Shown: piece by piece, positions 9,171 through 20,049 of the stretch
Layout: each line of letters begins with the position of its first letter
Numbering within the stretch: the stretch's first letter is position 1
Origin: Marivita sp.
GTDB taxonomy: Bacteria; Pseudomonadota; Alphaproteobacteria; Rhodobacterales; Rhodobacteraceae
Reading direction: 5' to 3'
Length of the DNA stretch: 64,000 bases
Assembly (NCBI RefSeq): GCF_965656765.1
Contig: NZ_CBFHLV010000006.1
Location: forward strand, 21,195-85,194
Translations under genes and position numbers: made by a program
The notes under the pieces: model-generated
The model's database searches: none
What the model was told of the DNA's origin: nothing
Seen by the model: only the letters and a program-made list of their open reading frames with translations

Positions 9171-9983
9171 TTAGCTGCGCAGGTCGGGCAACGAGATATT
9201 GGCAACCTGTTCGGCAATCGGGTCGGTCGACATCGGATGAGTGTCGGCTGAATAGCTGTCAGGCTTTTGGAACGGCTCCCAGCCTCCGTGGCGATACAGC
9301 TCTAGCCCCGAAAAGGACGCTTTATATCCCATCTTGGCACTGCCGGGCACCCAATACCCAAGATAGACATAGGGCAGGCCAGCTTCGCGGGCGATCTCAA
9401 TATGATCAAGGATCATGTAAGTGCCAAGGCTTTGCGCCGGGACATCCGGGGAATAGAACGAATAGACCATGCTCAACCCATCATCGAGCACATCCGTCAG
9501 GCATACCGCATCAAGCTGCTTGGTTTCGTCATTGGTGTATTCAATCACCCGTGACCGTATCGGCGTTTCCTCGACCATCGCGGCAAAATCAAACACATCC
9601 ATGTCCGCCATACCGCCATCGGCATGTCTGGCATCCAGATAGGTGCGGAACAAATCATACTGATCTTCAGTGGCCCAGGCGCTGGTGGCGTGCCGCCGGA
9701 GATGTGCGTTACGTTTGATCGTCCGCTTCTGGCTGCGCGATGGACGGAAATGTGCGACCGAAATACGCGCCGACAGGCAGGCCGAACAATCCGAACACGA
9801 CGGACGGTACAACACGTTTTGTGACCGGCGGAATCCCTGTTTGGACAGGCTATTGTTCAGCTTGTCCGCAGCCTCGCCCTGCAACGCGGTAAATAGCTTC
9901 CGCTCCATCCGGCCCGGAAGATACGGGCACGGCTGTGGTGCGGTAACATAGAACTGCGGCGCGAGTGGCAGCGAGTGGCGCAT
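9171..9983 (-). CDS. bpt: Arginyl-tRNA-protein transferase family (aspartate/glutamate leucyltransferase, Bpt/ATE)
   Basis: [57 protein letters not shown]; start trimmed to MRHSLP. Confidence 0.9.
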   Translation of the reverse strand: MRHSLPLAPQFYVTAPQPCPYLPGRMERKLFTALQGEAADKLNNSLSKQGFRRSQNVLYRPSCSDCSACLSARISVAHFRPSRSQKRTIKRNAHLRRHATSAWATEDQYDLFRTYLDARHADGGMADMDVFDFAAMVEETPIRSRVIEYTNDETKQLDAVCLTDVLDDGLSMVYSFYSPDVPAQSLGTYMILDHIEIAREAGLPYVYLGYWVPGSAKMGYKASFSGLELYRHGGWEPFQKPDSYSADTHPMSTDPIAEQVANISLPDLRS

Positions 9984-10060
9984 GGATAACTCTTCGTCAG
10001 TACAGGTGGGACCGTAGCCCAAGCTTTTGCAGCAGCCAACCCCCCAGAAAAAGCGGCGCG

Positions 10061-10642
10061 CTAACGTTCCAGTATGAGGCGGCCGTTGTTGATTTCCAAC
10101 CGTGCGAAACGATTGAGATACTCCATACCCAAAAGAGATTTGGTCATCTCTCCTTCGTTCACAAAAGCCCGCACATCGCGATCATGGAACGGTCCAAGTG
10201 CCACATCCTCAAGCCGAACCGGGGCGGTGCGCACTGGGCCATTGGCTGTCATCGCCTCAGAGTAAAAGATCACGTCCTCATCGCGCAGCCCGACACGTGC
10301 TGCATCGGCTTGCGTCAACACCATACTGGTCGCGCCCGTATCGACCACAAACCGTACCGGTGCATCGTTGATGTCGAGTGTCAGGTAATAATGCCCATCC
10401 GGCCCGCGCGGCACCTCGATCCGGCCAGCATCTTCCATGACAAGCTGTTGCGGCTGCACGGTTTGACGGATGTCACCCCACAGACCCACGGCAGCAATCA
10501 CGCCCAGAAAGATCAGCCCCCAAACCGCGCCTTGCTGCAAGGTCTTGTTCAGGCTTTGCCGGTTCTGGACGAAAAACCAAAAGACCAGCACCGCCCCAAG
10601 CAGCACAAGATAGGCCAGATTGCCGTACTCCATTTCGGTCAT
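10061..10642 (-). CDS. Clan AA (retropepsin-like) aspartic protease, TIGR02281-like, membrane anchored
   Basis: [24 protein letters not shown] and SLLGMEYL; two N-terminal TM helices. Confidence 0.9.
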   Translation of the reverse strand: MTEMEYGNLAYLVLLGAVLVFWFFVQNRQSLNKTLQQGAVWGLIFLGVIAAVGLWGDIRQTVQPQQLVMEDAGRIEVPRGPDGHYYLTLDINDAPVRFVVDTGATSMVLTQADAARVGLRDEDVIFYSEAMTANGPVRTAPVRLEDVALGPFHDRDVRAFVNEGEMTKSLLGMEYLNRFARLEINNGRLILER

Positions 10643-10706
10643 TGTCGCTCCTTAACACCACTGAAGTGTATGTAGGTCGGCGCGTTGCGATTGTGTAGGG
10701 TAGGGC

Positions 10707-11330
10707 TCAACCGCCCAAGGCAAGTCCGAACCCGCGAATTCCGTCCAGAACAAACTGAACCGACAGCGCGGCCAGCAGCATGCCCAGCAGCCGTGTCACA
10801 ACCACGATCCCGGTCTTACCAAGCGCGCGTTCGATCAAAGAAGCGCTCAGGAACAGCAGGAAGACGATCGACAGAACGCAGACCATGACACCAAGGACCG
10901 AAGCCATGCCCAGTGGGCCCTCAGCCTGACCCACCAGCAGTATGATCGATGCAATCGCGCCCGGTCCGGCAATTAGCGGAATGGCGATGGGAAAGACCGA
11001 TGGATCGGGCACATCATCCACATCAACTTTGTCCTCACGCCGCTTGGTACGCCGTTCGAACAGCATGTCCAGCGCCGTCAGGAACAACAAGATACCGCCG
11101 GCGATACGAAACGCGGGCATTGAAATTCCGATGAAGCCCAGCACCTGTTCTCCGAGAAACGCAAAGAGAAACAGCAACCCTGCCGCGATGACCGTCGCCC
11201 GGATCGCAATTGCGCGCCGTTGCTTCACCGTCAGACCGGGTGTCAACGCGATGAACACCGGTGTCAGGCCAATTGGATCGATGACAACGAAAAGCGTCAC
11301 AAACGCGGATATGAGAAATGCTGTGTCCAT
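10707..11330 (-). CDS. MarC family membrane protein
   Basis: LFVVIDPIG, AFRIAGGILLF, VFPIAIPLIAGPGAI, TRLLGMLLAALSVQF. Confidence 0.93.
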   Translation of the reverse strand: MDTAFLISAFVTLFVVIDPIGLTPVFIALTPGLTVKQRRAIAIRATVIAAGLLFLFAFLGEQVLGFIGISMPAFRIAGGILLFLTALDMLFERRTKRREDKVDVDDVPDPSVFPIAIPLIAGPGAIASIILLVGQAEGPLGMASVLGVMVCVLSIVFLLFLSASLIERALGKTGIVVVTRLLGMLLAALSVQFVLDGIRGFGLALGG

Positions 11331-11378
11331 GCCCATGGCTCAACCATGTTTGGCCAAGCCGCGCAAGCCCAGTACGTA

Positions 11379-13232
11379 TTAGCCGTTCTGAGCCGTATCC
11401 AGCTTTTCCAATGCGGCTTCCCAAAGCGTTTCGGCGCGGTGCAGGCCGTCCATCACCTCGGCGTATTTCTTGTTCCAGGTGTCAAGCTCACCCTTGCGAG
11501 CAGTTTCGTACAGTGCCGGATCGGCAAGCTTTTTGGCCAGTGTTTCGCGCATGGTTTCGATCTTTTCGACCCGCGCCTCGCATTTGCGAACTTTGGCCTT
11601 GAGCGCCAGAATCGCGTCACGGTCGGGCCGGGCAGGGCGCGCTGGTTTGGGTTTTTCCGCCTTGGCCGGCTTATCCGAGGCCAAAAGCATGGCGCGGTAA
11701 TCGTCCAGATCATCCTCATAAGGCGTAACGTTGCCATCCTTGACCAGCCACAACCGGTCGGCCACCATCGACAATAGATGCATGTCGTGGCTTACCAGAA
11801 TGACTGCGCCAGAATAGGCGGTCAGCGCTTCGACCAACGCTTCACGGCTTTCGATATCGAGGTGGTTCGTCGGCTCGTCAAGAATCAGCAAATGCGGCGC
11901 GTCCAGCGTGGCCAACAAAAGCGACAGGCGCGCCTTTTGCCCACCAGACAGTTTGCCCACAACAGTATCCGCTTGTGCTGCCATCAGACCAAAGCCAGCC
12001 AGCCGTGCCCGGTGCCGTGTCGGCATCTCGTTGGGCCGCGCCCGCCGCAAGTGGTCCAACGGTGTCTCGTCGACATGGAGCTCGTCCACCTGATGCTGTG
12101 CAAAGAACCCGATGCGCAGCTTGGACGACCGCGTAATCCGCCCCGCCATCAAAGGCAGACGGTCTGAAAGCAACTTGGCTAAAGTCGATTTGCCCTGACC
12201 ATTCTTACCCAAAAGCGCGATGCGATCGTCCTGGTCGATCCTCAAGTCCAGCTTGCGTAACACTTCGGTCTCACCATAACCGGTAACGCCGTTCTCGACC
12301 CGGATGATCGGCGGCGATAATTCGTCAGGTTGTGGAAAGGTGAAAATCCGCTTGGCGATCTCTTCGGGGGCACTGACCATGTCCATCCGTTCGATCATCT
12401 TGAGGCGCGATTGCGCCTGTTTGGCCTTGCTGGCCTTTGCGCGGAACCGGTCGACAAAGCTCTGAAGATGCGCGACGCGCGCCTGCTGCTTTTTGGCAAC
12501 CGCCGCCGCTTGTGCCCGCCGTTCGGCACGCTGCCGCGCGAACTGGTCGTATGGGCCCTGGTAATAGGTCAGTTGCCGCTCTTCGAGATGCAGGATCGAC
12601 CCTACGGCGCGATTCAAAAGCCCCCGGTCGTGGCTGATCACAATCACCGTATAAGGGTATTTCGCCAGATAGCTTTCCAGCCAAAGCGCACCTTCAAGGT
12701 CAAGATAGTTGGTCGGCTCATCCAGCAGCAACAGGTCAGGCTGCGAAAACAGTACGCCGGCCAATGCCACCCGCATCCGCCAGCCACCTGAAAATGCCGA
12801 ACAGGGCATCTGCTGCTCTGCATCGTCAAATCCCAAACCCTTTAGGATGGCAGCCGCCCGTGCCTCGGCCGACCATGCGTCGATATCGGCCAATCGCGTC
12901 TGCACTTCCGCAATCCGCGCACCATCGGTCGCGGTTTCGGCCTCGGCCATCAGGGCCGCGCGCTCGGTATCAGCTTCCAGAACAGTGTCGATCAGCGACA
13001 CTGACGATCCCGGCACTTCCTGGCTCACTCCGCCAATCCGCGCACCGCGCGGCACCGAAATAGCGCCGCCCTCCAAAGCAAGCTCGCCCCGGATCAATCG
13101 AAAGAGCGTGGTCTTGCCAGCGCCGTTCGGCCCAACCAAACCAACCTTGTGCCCATCGGGAATGGTCGCGGATGCGCCCTCGAACAATGCGCGTCCATCG
13201 ACGGCGTAAGTGATATCTTCAATCTTCAACAT
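11379..13232 (-). CDS. ABC-F family ATP-binding protein
   Basis: Two ABC domains (GPNGAGKT/FSGGWRMR/LLLDEPTNYLD and GKNGQGKS/LSGGQKAR/LILDEPTNHLD), no TM, C-terminal coiled coil. Confidence 0.95.
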   Translation of the reverse strand: MLKIEDITYAVDGRALFEGASATIPDGHKVGLVGPNGAGKTTLFRLIRGELALEGGAISVPRGARIGGVSQEVPGSSVSLIDTVLEADTERAALMAEAETATDGARIAEVQTRLADIDAWSAEARAAAILKGLGFDDAEQQMPCSAFSGGWRMRVALAGVLFSQPDLLLLDEPTNYLDLEGALWLESYLAKYPYTVIVISHDRGLLNRAVGSILHLEERQLTYYQGPYDQFARQRAERRAQAAAVAKKQQARVAHLQSFVDRFRAKASKAKQAQSRLKMIERMDMVSAPEEIAKRIFTFPQPDELSPPIIRVENGVTGYGETEVLRKLDLRIDQDDRIALLGKNGQGKSTLAKLLSDRLPLMAGRITRSSKLRIGFFAQHQVDELHVDETPLDHLRRARPNEMPTRHRARLAGFGLMAAQADTVVGKLSGGQKARLSLLLATLDAPHLLILDEPTNHLDIESREALVEALTAYSGAVILVSHDMHLLSMVADRLWLVKDGNVTPYEDDLDDYRAMLLASDKPAKAEKPKPARPARPDRDAILALKAKVRKCEARVEKIETMRETLAKKLADPALYETARKGELDTWNKKYAEVMDGLHRAETLWEAALEKLDTAQNG

Positions 13233-13276
13233 GGCACGCCCTTACCAACGCCCAAGGCAACAGACCAGCGCTCTTG

Positions 13277-13325
13277 GTTTCTTTGGGCAAAAAATACTTT
13301 GGGGGTTTTAGGGTGGAACCCTCAA
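13277..13325. repeat. Degenerate copy of the REP-like repeat
   Basis: TTTCTTTGGGCAAAAAATACTTTGGGGGTTTTAGGGTGGAACCCTC has the same architecture as copy 1 (pyrimidine tract, AAATA, GGGGG, GGG-loop-CCC). Confidence 0.35.
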
Positions 13326-13429
13326 ATGCCTGCGCAGCACGGATACGAAAGGCCTTCCAAGGGCTTTCCAACGACAGAACCCCATGCTAACCGGCGCTCC
13401 AAACACAAACCAAACCACGGAGCGACCAA

Positions 13430-13852
13430 ATGGCCCTCGAACGCACATTCTCGATCATCAAACCTGACGCCACCCGCCGCAACCTGACTGGCAAGATCAA
13501 CGCCAAGTTCGAAGACGCGGGCCTGCGCATCGTCGCACAAAAGCGCATCCACCTGACAAAGGCACAGGCGGGCCAGTTCTATGCTGTGCACGCTGAACGC
13601 CCGTTCTATGACGAACTGTGCGAATTCATGGCATCCGAGCCAGTTGTCGTTCAGGTGCTCGAAGGTGAAGGCGCAATTGCCAAGAACCGCGAAGTCATGG
13701 GCGCAACCAACCCTGCAGACGCAGCACCGGGCACCATCCGTGCTGAGTTCGCTGAATCCGTCGGCGAGAACTCGGTTCACGGCTCTGATGCACCGGAAAC
13801 AGCTGCTGAAGAAATTGCGTTCTTTTTCTCGGGTCTTGAACTGGTCGGCTAA
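13430..13852 (+). CDS. ndk: Nucleoside diphosphate kinase
   Basis: [29 protein letters not shown] catalytic His motif. Confidence 0.99.
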   Translation: MALERTFSIIKPDATRRNLTGKINAKFEDAGLRIVAQKRIHLTKAQAGQFYAVHAERPFYDELCEFMASEPVVVQVLEGEGAIAKNREVMGATNPADAAPGTIRAEFAESVGENSVHGSDAPETAAEEIAFFFSGLELVG

Positions 13853-13879
13853 GCCGCCGTTCCATGACTGACACGTGTT

Positions 13880-13910
13880 TAGGCCGGGCATTTGCCCGGC
13901 CTATCTTTTT
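13880..13910 (+). terminator. Intrinsic terminator of ndk
   Basis: TAGGCCGGGCA-TT-TGCCCGGCCTA followed by TCTTTTT. Confidence 0.8.
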
Positions 13911-14239
13911 GTCCCAACCCCGATCTCGTCCAGAAACCGTTCGATCCCGGCTGGTGCCGCATCGGCGCAGCTGGCGATCTCGGCCTTGATCGCGTCGAAT
14001 TTCAAGCGCAGCGCTTTTTTCTCTTCGCCCTTGCAGTCGTTCCACGGGCGTCCCTGCAATCCCATAACCAGCACATAGTAGCCGATGAAATGCGGTCGCA
14101 TGCCTGACAGCAACAACTGGCGATATGCCTCGTCCGCGCCCAGCGCCCGAAGAGCGTCTGCCGATCCAATGCCTGCTTTGGCGCAAGCGTCATCCATCGC
14201 CGGTCCAAGGTTGCGAATAGATGAGACCGGCTCGGCCAT
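13901..14239 (-). CDS. TfoX/Sxy C-terminal domain protein
   Basis: SIRNLGPAM...AGIGSADALRALGADEAY...HFIGYYVLVMGLQGRPW; ATG overlaps the aminotransferase stop (TAATG). Confidence 0.85.
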   Translation of the reverse strand: MAEPVSSIRNLGPAMDDACAKAGIGSADALRALGADEAYRQLLLSGMRPHFIGYYVLVMGLQGRPWNDCKGEEKKALRLKFDAIKAEIASCADAAPAGIERFLDEIGVGTKR

Positions 14240-15420
14240 TACGCAGCCGTCGCAAGCCCGGCTGCAAAGCCACACAGCGTCCGCAACGCCGCCTCAAAGC
14301 GGTCATCGCTGACGGTCATTGCGACACGGATGTGCCCAGCTGCCGACGCACCAAAGCTTTCGCCGGGCATCACGGCAATCCGTTCCGCATCAAGCAGCGC
14401 ATTGGCGAACGCTTCGCCCGATAGTCCCGTGTCCCGAACATCCAGCATGACGTACATCGCCCCTTGCGCAGGGATCATGCGGACCACGTGTTGCGTGGCC
14501 AAAACCGTTTCGGCAATTGCCCGCCGCCGCAGGAAAGGGGCTGCGACCTCGGACTCCAATTCCGCTCCGGCCTGTAGACCAAACAGGGCGGCATCCTGAA
14601 TGTATCCGGGCACGCCATAGGTGGTGTTGGTCGCCAAATCGACCAGGGCTTCGATGGCCGACTCAGGCCCGATGATCCAGCCTATCCGGCTTCCGGTCAT
14701 CGCGTGGCTCTTGGACATGGACCCGATCACCAAAGTGCGCTCAACCATGCCGGGCAGGGCGCGCGGCGACACATGGGCACCGTCCCAAATCTGCGTATCA
14801 TACACCTCGTCTGAGATCAGCCACATGTCATGTGCCGTCACTACGTCTGCGATGGTCTGCAAGGTGTCACGTGGATAGACCGCGCCAGTTGGATTGTTCG
14901 GTGTGTTGATCAAAAGCGATGCCGCTCCATCACACGCGGCTTCGAGTGCGTCCCGCTCTGGCAGAAACCCGTTCGAAGACCGTGTGGCCACCGTGCGCGG
15001 CACCGCACCTGCAGACCGTACAAGGCCGGGATAGGTCGCGTAATAGGGATCAATGTACAGTGCCACATCGCCGGGTTCGCAGACCGCCATATGCGCCGCG
15101 AACAAGCCTGCCTGACCGCCGGGGGTGATCAACACGTTCTCACGCCGTGTCGGCACACCAGACTGCGCCTGAACCCGTGCCGCAACCTCGTCGCGCAAGG
15201 CGTTCACTCCGGGCACCATGGCATAGCCGGTATGTCCACCCATGGCGCTTTGGTACATCGCTTTCAGGATCGATGGATCGGTGCCTATGTCATGCTCACC
15301 GATGGTCAGCTCGATCACGTCCTGTCCGGCCTCGACCATGGCGCGGGCACGGTAGAACACGTCCCAGCCGTCTGATCCGTCTCCATTGAGGGTCGTGATG
15401 CGATGTGACAAGGCTGGCAT
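14239..15420 (-). CDS. PLP-dependent class I/II aminotransferase
   Basis: LINTPNNPTGAVY, ISDEVY, SMSKSHAMTGSRIGW (PLP lysine); start trimmed to MPALS. Confidence 0.93.
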   Translation of the reverse strand: MPALSHRITTLNGDGSDGWDVFYRARAMVEAGQDVIELTIGEHDIGTDPSILKAMYQSAMGGHTGYAMVPGVNALRDEVAARVQAQSGVPTRRENVLITPGGQAGLFAAHMAVCEPGDVALYIDPYYATYPGLVRSAGAVPRTVATRSSNGFLPERDALEAACDGAASLLINTPNNPTGAVYPRDTLQTIADVVTAHDMWLISDEVYDTQIWDGAHVSPRALPGMVERTLVIGSMSKSHAMTGSRIGWIIGPESAIEALVDLATNTTYGVPGYIQDAALFGLQAGAELESEVAAPFLRRRAIAETVLATQHVVRMIPAQGAMYVMLDVRDTGLSGEAFANALLDAERIAVMPGESFGASAAGHIRVAMTVSDDRFEAALRTLCGFAAGLATAA

Positions 15421-15526
15421 GGGTCTCTCCGATAATTGTGCTTCCGTCCTGCCAGAGCGGGTGCCCGAAAGTCCAGATCGAACCGCTGTGACGCAAGATG
15501 TTTCGAAACGGCTTGGCGCAAAATTC

Positions 15527-15555
15527 TTGACCGTTTGCACACGCGCCAGCTAAGC
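15527..15555 (+). promoter_or_regulatory. Putative sigma70 promoter of the leader-cysS-cimA transcript
   Basis: TTGACC-N16-GCTAAGC resembles alphaproteobacterial housekeeping promoters; would put the start site a few nt before the leader ATG. Confidence 0.55.
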
Positions 15556-15562
15556 AGGCCTC

Positions 15563-15604
15563 ATGAGCCGTATCTCAACATCCATTTGCTGCATTATCCG
15601 CTAA
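15563..15604 (+). CDS. Putative leader peptide MSRISTSICCIIR (Cys/Ile rich) upstream of cysS-cimA
   Basis: ATG AGC CGT ATC TCA ACA TCC ATT TGC TGC ATT ATC CGC TAA, 83 nt before the cysS ATG. Confidence 0.75.
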   Translation: MSRISTSICCIIR

Positions 15605-15612
15605 TCCATTTG

Positions 15613-15682
15613 GTGGGCCGGTCTTCTATTCCAATCATGAGATGAAGTTGCTACTCCCGCCGCAATCCCGGCCCGCGAGGAG
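15613..15682 (+). promoter_or_regulatory. Alternative RNA helices gating the cysS Shine-Dalgarno
   Basis: GUGGGCCGG (15613-21) pairs with CCGGCCCGC (15668-76); alternatively CUCC-CGC (15654-60) pairs with GCG-A-GGAG (15675-82), which contains the SD. Confidence 0.6.
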
Positions 15683-15687
15683 CATCC

Positions 15688-17121
<1,434 letters not shown>

Positions 17122-17144
17122 ATGCACTCCAGTGGAACCACTCA

Positions 17145-17285
17145 GCCCGGCGGCACGCCGGGCCGCGCCCGACCCTCCCCACGGGAGGGCGCCTTGGCTA
17201 CCGGCTCGCACCGAACCAGCGGAATGCGTGTGACGCTGCCTCGTACCGCTCGAACGACAGATGCGCCCACCCAGGGTCGGGCGCG
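17145..17285. repeat. MITE/REP-like palindromic element between cysS and cimA
   Basis: 13-bp perfect inverted repeat CGCGCCCGACCCT (17164-76)/AGGGTCGGGCGCG (17273-85); internal CCCTCCC-CAC-GGGAGGG hairpin; preceding GCCCGGCG-GCA-CGCCGGGC hairpin. Confidence 0.7.
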
Positions 17286-17308
17286 CCCCTTATCGCCCGG
17301 ATACCCCG

Positions 17309-18928
17309 ATGACCAAAACCAGCCTGACCCTATACGACACCACGCTGCGCGACGGGCAGCAGACGCAGGGCGTGCAATTCTCGACGCCCGAGAAACACCG
17401 CATCGTTGAGGCGCTTGACGCCATTGGCATCGACTATATCGAAGGTGGCTGGCCTGGGGCAAATCCCACTGACAGCGCCTTTTTCGATGAAGTTGGACAT
17501 ACCAAAGCCACCGTTACCGCATTTGGCATGACCAAACGCGTGGGCCGCTCGGCAGAAAATGACGACGTACTGGCCGCCGTGATGAACGCGGACACCAAGG
17601 CGGTCTGTCTGGTGGGCAAAACCCATGATTTCCATGTGACCGCCGCGCTTGGCATCACCCTCGACGAAAACGTCCAGAACATTCGCGCCTCGATAGCGCA
17701 TATCGTGACGCAGGGTCGCGAGGCGCTCTTTGACGCCGAACACTTTTTCGACGGCTACAAGGCCAATCCCGACTATGCGTTAACCTGTTTGCACGCTGCC
17801 TATGACGCTGGAGCGCGGTGGGTCGTTCTGTGCGACACCAACGGGGGGGCACTGCCGTCGGAAGTGAGCCAGATCACCAGAACTGTGATCGAAAGTGGCA
17901 TCCCCGGCGACCATGTCGGTATCCATACCCACAATGATACCGAAATGGCTGTCGCCGCCACATTGGCCGCTGTCGATGCCGGGGCGTGTCAGATTCAGGG
18001 CACGCTTAACGGGCTGGGCGAACGCTGCGGCAACGCGAACCTGACCGCACTGATCCCGACATTGCTGCTCAAGGAACCTTACGCCAGCCGCTATGAAACG
18101 GGTGTGACGCAAGATGCGCTTGAAGGAATGACCCAGATCAGCCGCATGCTGGATGAAATCCTCAACCGTGTGCCATTGAAACAAGCGGCCTATGTTGGAT
18201 CGTCTGCCTTTGCGCACAAGGCCGGATTACACGCCAGCGCGATCCTCAAGGATCCCACGACCTACGAACATATTGACCCGGCGCAAGTGGGCAATCGCCG
18301 GGTGATCCCGATGTCCAATCAGGCGGGCCAGTCCAATCTGCGCCGCCGTCTGTCTGAAGCAGGGATCACCATCGCGGATAAAGACCCGGCGCTGGCCCGT
18401 ATTCTTGACCGGATCAAGGCGCGGGAATCCGAAGGCTATTCCTACGATACCGCGCAGGCGAGTTTTGAGCTGTTGGCACGTGATGAATTGGGGCAACTGC
18501 CTGAATTCTTCGAGGTCAAACGCTACCGGGTGACGGTGGAGCGGCGGAAAAACAAATACAACAAGATGATTTCGCATTCCGAGGCAGTTGTCGTGGTCAA
18601 GGTCGGCACCGAAAAGAAGCTGTCGGTCAGTGAATCAATGGACGATCTGGGCAACGACCGTGGCCCGGTAAACGCGCTTTTCAAGGCGCTGGCCAAAGAC
18701 CTTGGTCCCTATCAGGACATGATCGACGACATGCGGCTTGTCGACTTCAAGGTGCGCATCACCCAAGGCGGAACCGAGGCCGTGACCCGCGTCATCATCG
18801 ACAGCGAGGACGGGCAGGGACGGCGTTGGTCCACCGTTGGTGTCAGCGCAAATATCATCGACGCCTCGTTCGAGGCGCTGCTGGATGCAGTGCGCTGGAA
18901 ACTGGTGCGGGATGCGCAGTCTGCATGA
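17309..18928 (+). CDS. cimA: Citramalate synthase (LeuA/CimA family)
   Basis: YDTTLRDGQQTQG, IDYIEGGWPGANP, FDAEHFFDGY, GIHTHND, GERCGNANL, AHKAGLH; the DAEHFFDGY subfamily is CimA-type. Confidence 0.92.
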   Translation: MTKTSLTLYDTTLRDGQQTQGVQFSTPEKHRIVEALDAIGIDYIEGGWPGANPTDSAFFDEVGHTKATVTAFGMTKRVGRSAENDDVLAAVMNADTKAVCLVGKTHDFHVTAALGITLDENVQNIRASIAHIVTQGREALFDAEHFFDGYKANPDYALTCLHAAYDAGARWVVLCDTNGGALPSEVSQITRTVIESGIPGDHVGIHTHNDTEMAVAATLAAVDAGACQIQGTLNGLGERCGNANLTALIPTLLLKEPYASRYETGVTQDALEGMTQISRMLDEILNRVPLKQAAYVGSSAFAHKAGLHASAILKDPTTYEHIDPAQVGNRRVIPMSNQAGQSNLRRRLSEAGITIADKDPALARILDRIKARESEGYSYDTAQASFELLARDELGQLPEFFEVKRYRVTVERRKNKYNKMISHSEAVVVVKVGTEKKLSVSESMDDLGNDRGPVNALFKALAKDLGPYQDMIDDMRLVDFKVRITQGGTEAVTRVIIDSEDGQGRRWSTVGVSANIIDASFEALLDAVRWKLVRDAQSA

Positions 18929-19701
18929 GCTTTGACGCCGATCTGATCGCTTGTGCGCAATTGGTCGAACGGGGTGATCCCGACAGGTTCGCAGCGACGA
19001 TGGCTGCCCCGGTTGAGGTGCGTAAAGTGCTGTTTCCGATTTATGCCTTCAACGTCGAAGTGTCCCGTGCGCCATGGGTGACACAGGAAGCCATCATCGC
19101 CGAGATGCGATTGCAGTGGTGGACCGACGCTTTGGACGAGATTGCAACAGGCGGTCTTGTGCGGCGGCACGAGGTTGTAACCTCGCTTGCGCATGTGCTG
19201 GATGCGACGGCTGCGCGGCAGTTGCAAAAGGCTGTGCAGGCGCGGCTGTGGGACGTTTATCGCGATCCGTTTGAAGATCATGCGGCATTTTCAAAATATA
19301 TCGAAGACACGGCGGCGTCCTTGCTGCGCGCCGCGTCCCAAGCCCTGAGCGGGTCAATGCCGGATGCGCTGACAGATCTTGGCTATGCGGCTGGTCTGGC
19401 CCAGTTCCTGCGGGCTGTGCCAGAGTTGGAACGGCAGGGGCGTTGGCCCTTGGTGGATGGTAGACCAGAGGCGGTGCGTGATCTGGCTGCGACCGGATTT
19501 GACCGTTTGGTAAAATCCCGGCGCGCGCGTGCAAGTGTCCCGACACAGGCACGCCCCATCGCGTTGGCAGCATGGCAGGCGGGACCGATCCTTAAACAGG
19601 CGAAATCCGATCCGCGGCGCGTGGTAGACGGCACGCTGGGCACATCAGAGGCTGCCAAGAAAGCGCGTCTGATGTGGCAGGCCGCGACAGGGTGGTGGTA
19701 A
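18925..19701 (+). CDS. Squalene/phytoene synthase family protein (NDUFAF6-like)
   Basis: DPDRFAATM...LFPIYAFNVEVSRAPW..QEAIIAEMRLQWW; ATGA overlap with cimA. Confidence 0.88.
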   Translation: MSFDADLIACAQLVERGDPDRFAATMAAPVEVRKVLFPIYAFNVEVSRAPWVTQEAIIAEMRLQWWTDALDEIATGGLVRRHEVVTSLAHVLDATAARQLQKAVQARLWDVYRDPFEDHAAFSKYIEDTAASLLRAASQALSGSMPDALTDLGYAAGLAQFLRAVPELERQGRWPLVDGRPEAVRDLAATGFDRLVKSRRARASVPTQARPIALAAWQAGPILKQAKSDPRRVVDGTLGTSEAAKKARLMWQAATGWW

Positions 19702-19702
19702 G

Positions 19703-19951
19703 CTAAAACGCCAAACCAAAGCTGCATCCCACCCCTGTGGCCAACACATCGGCCGGGTCGGCGACGTCATCGACAAGCTCTTTTGAGACACCGATACCAA
19801 TCGCGGCCAGACAGCCTGCGGCCGGATTGCCGGTTTCTTGCGTCACGATATGCGAAACCATTGCGCCGGCAGTGAAATGTGCGGCTTTGTCATAGTGTTG
19901 GCAGCCTGCAGAAAGCGGAAAGAGCAGGAAAAGAAAAAGGTTTCGAACCAT
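19703..19951 (-). CDS. Small putative lipoprotein (YfiM-like DK..HF motif)
   Basis: Lipobox-like LSAGC; DKAAHFTAG...GVSKELVD...D.LAT..G pattern. Confidence 0.65.
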   Translation of the reverse strand: MVRNLFLFLLFPLSAGCQHYDKAAHFTAGAMVSHIVTQETGNPAAGCLAAIGIGVSKELVDDVADPADVLATGVGCSFGLAF

Positions 19952-20049
19952 GGCAGACACCATTCTGGTGGAGGGTGCCTGCCGTAATGAGACAAATCCG
20001 TAAATGATTCGTTACAGCTTGTTGTCCAAAATAGCTTGCTTTTTAGCGG

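Noticed and set aside
15636-15644. Minimal ATG-AGA-TGA uORF in the cysS leader
   Set aside because: No SD and expected by chance; not needed for the proposed switch.
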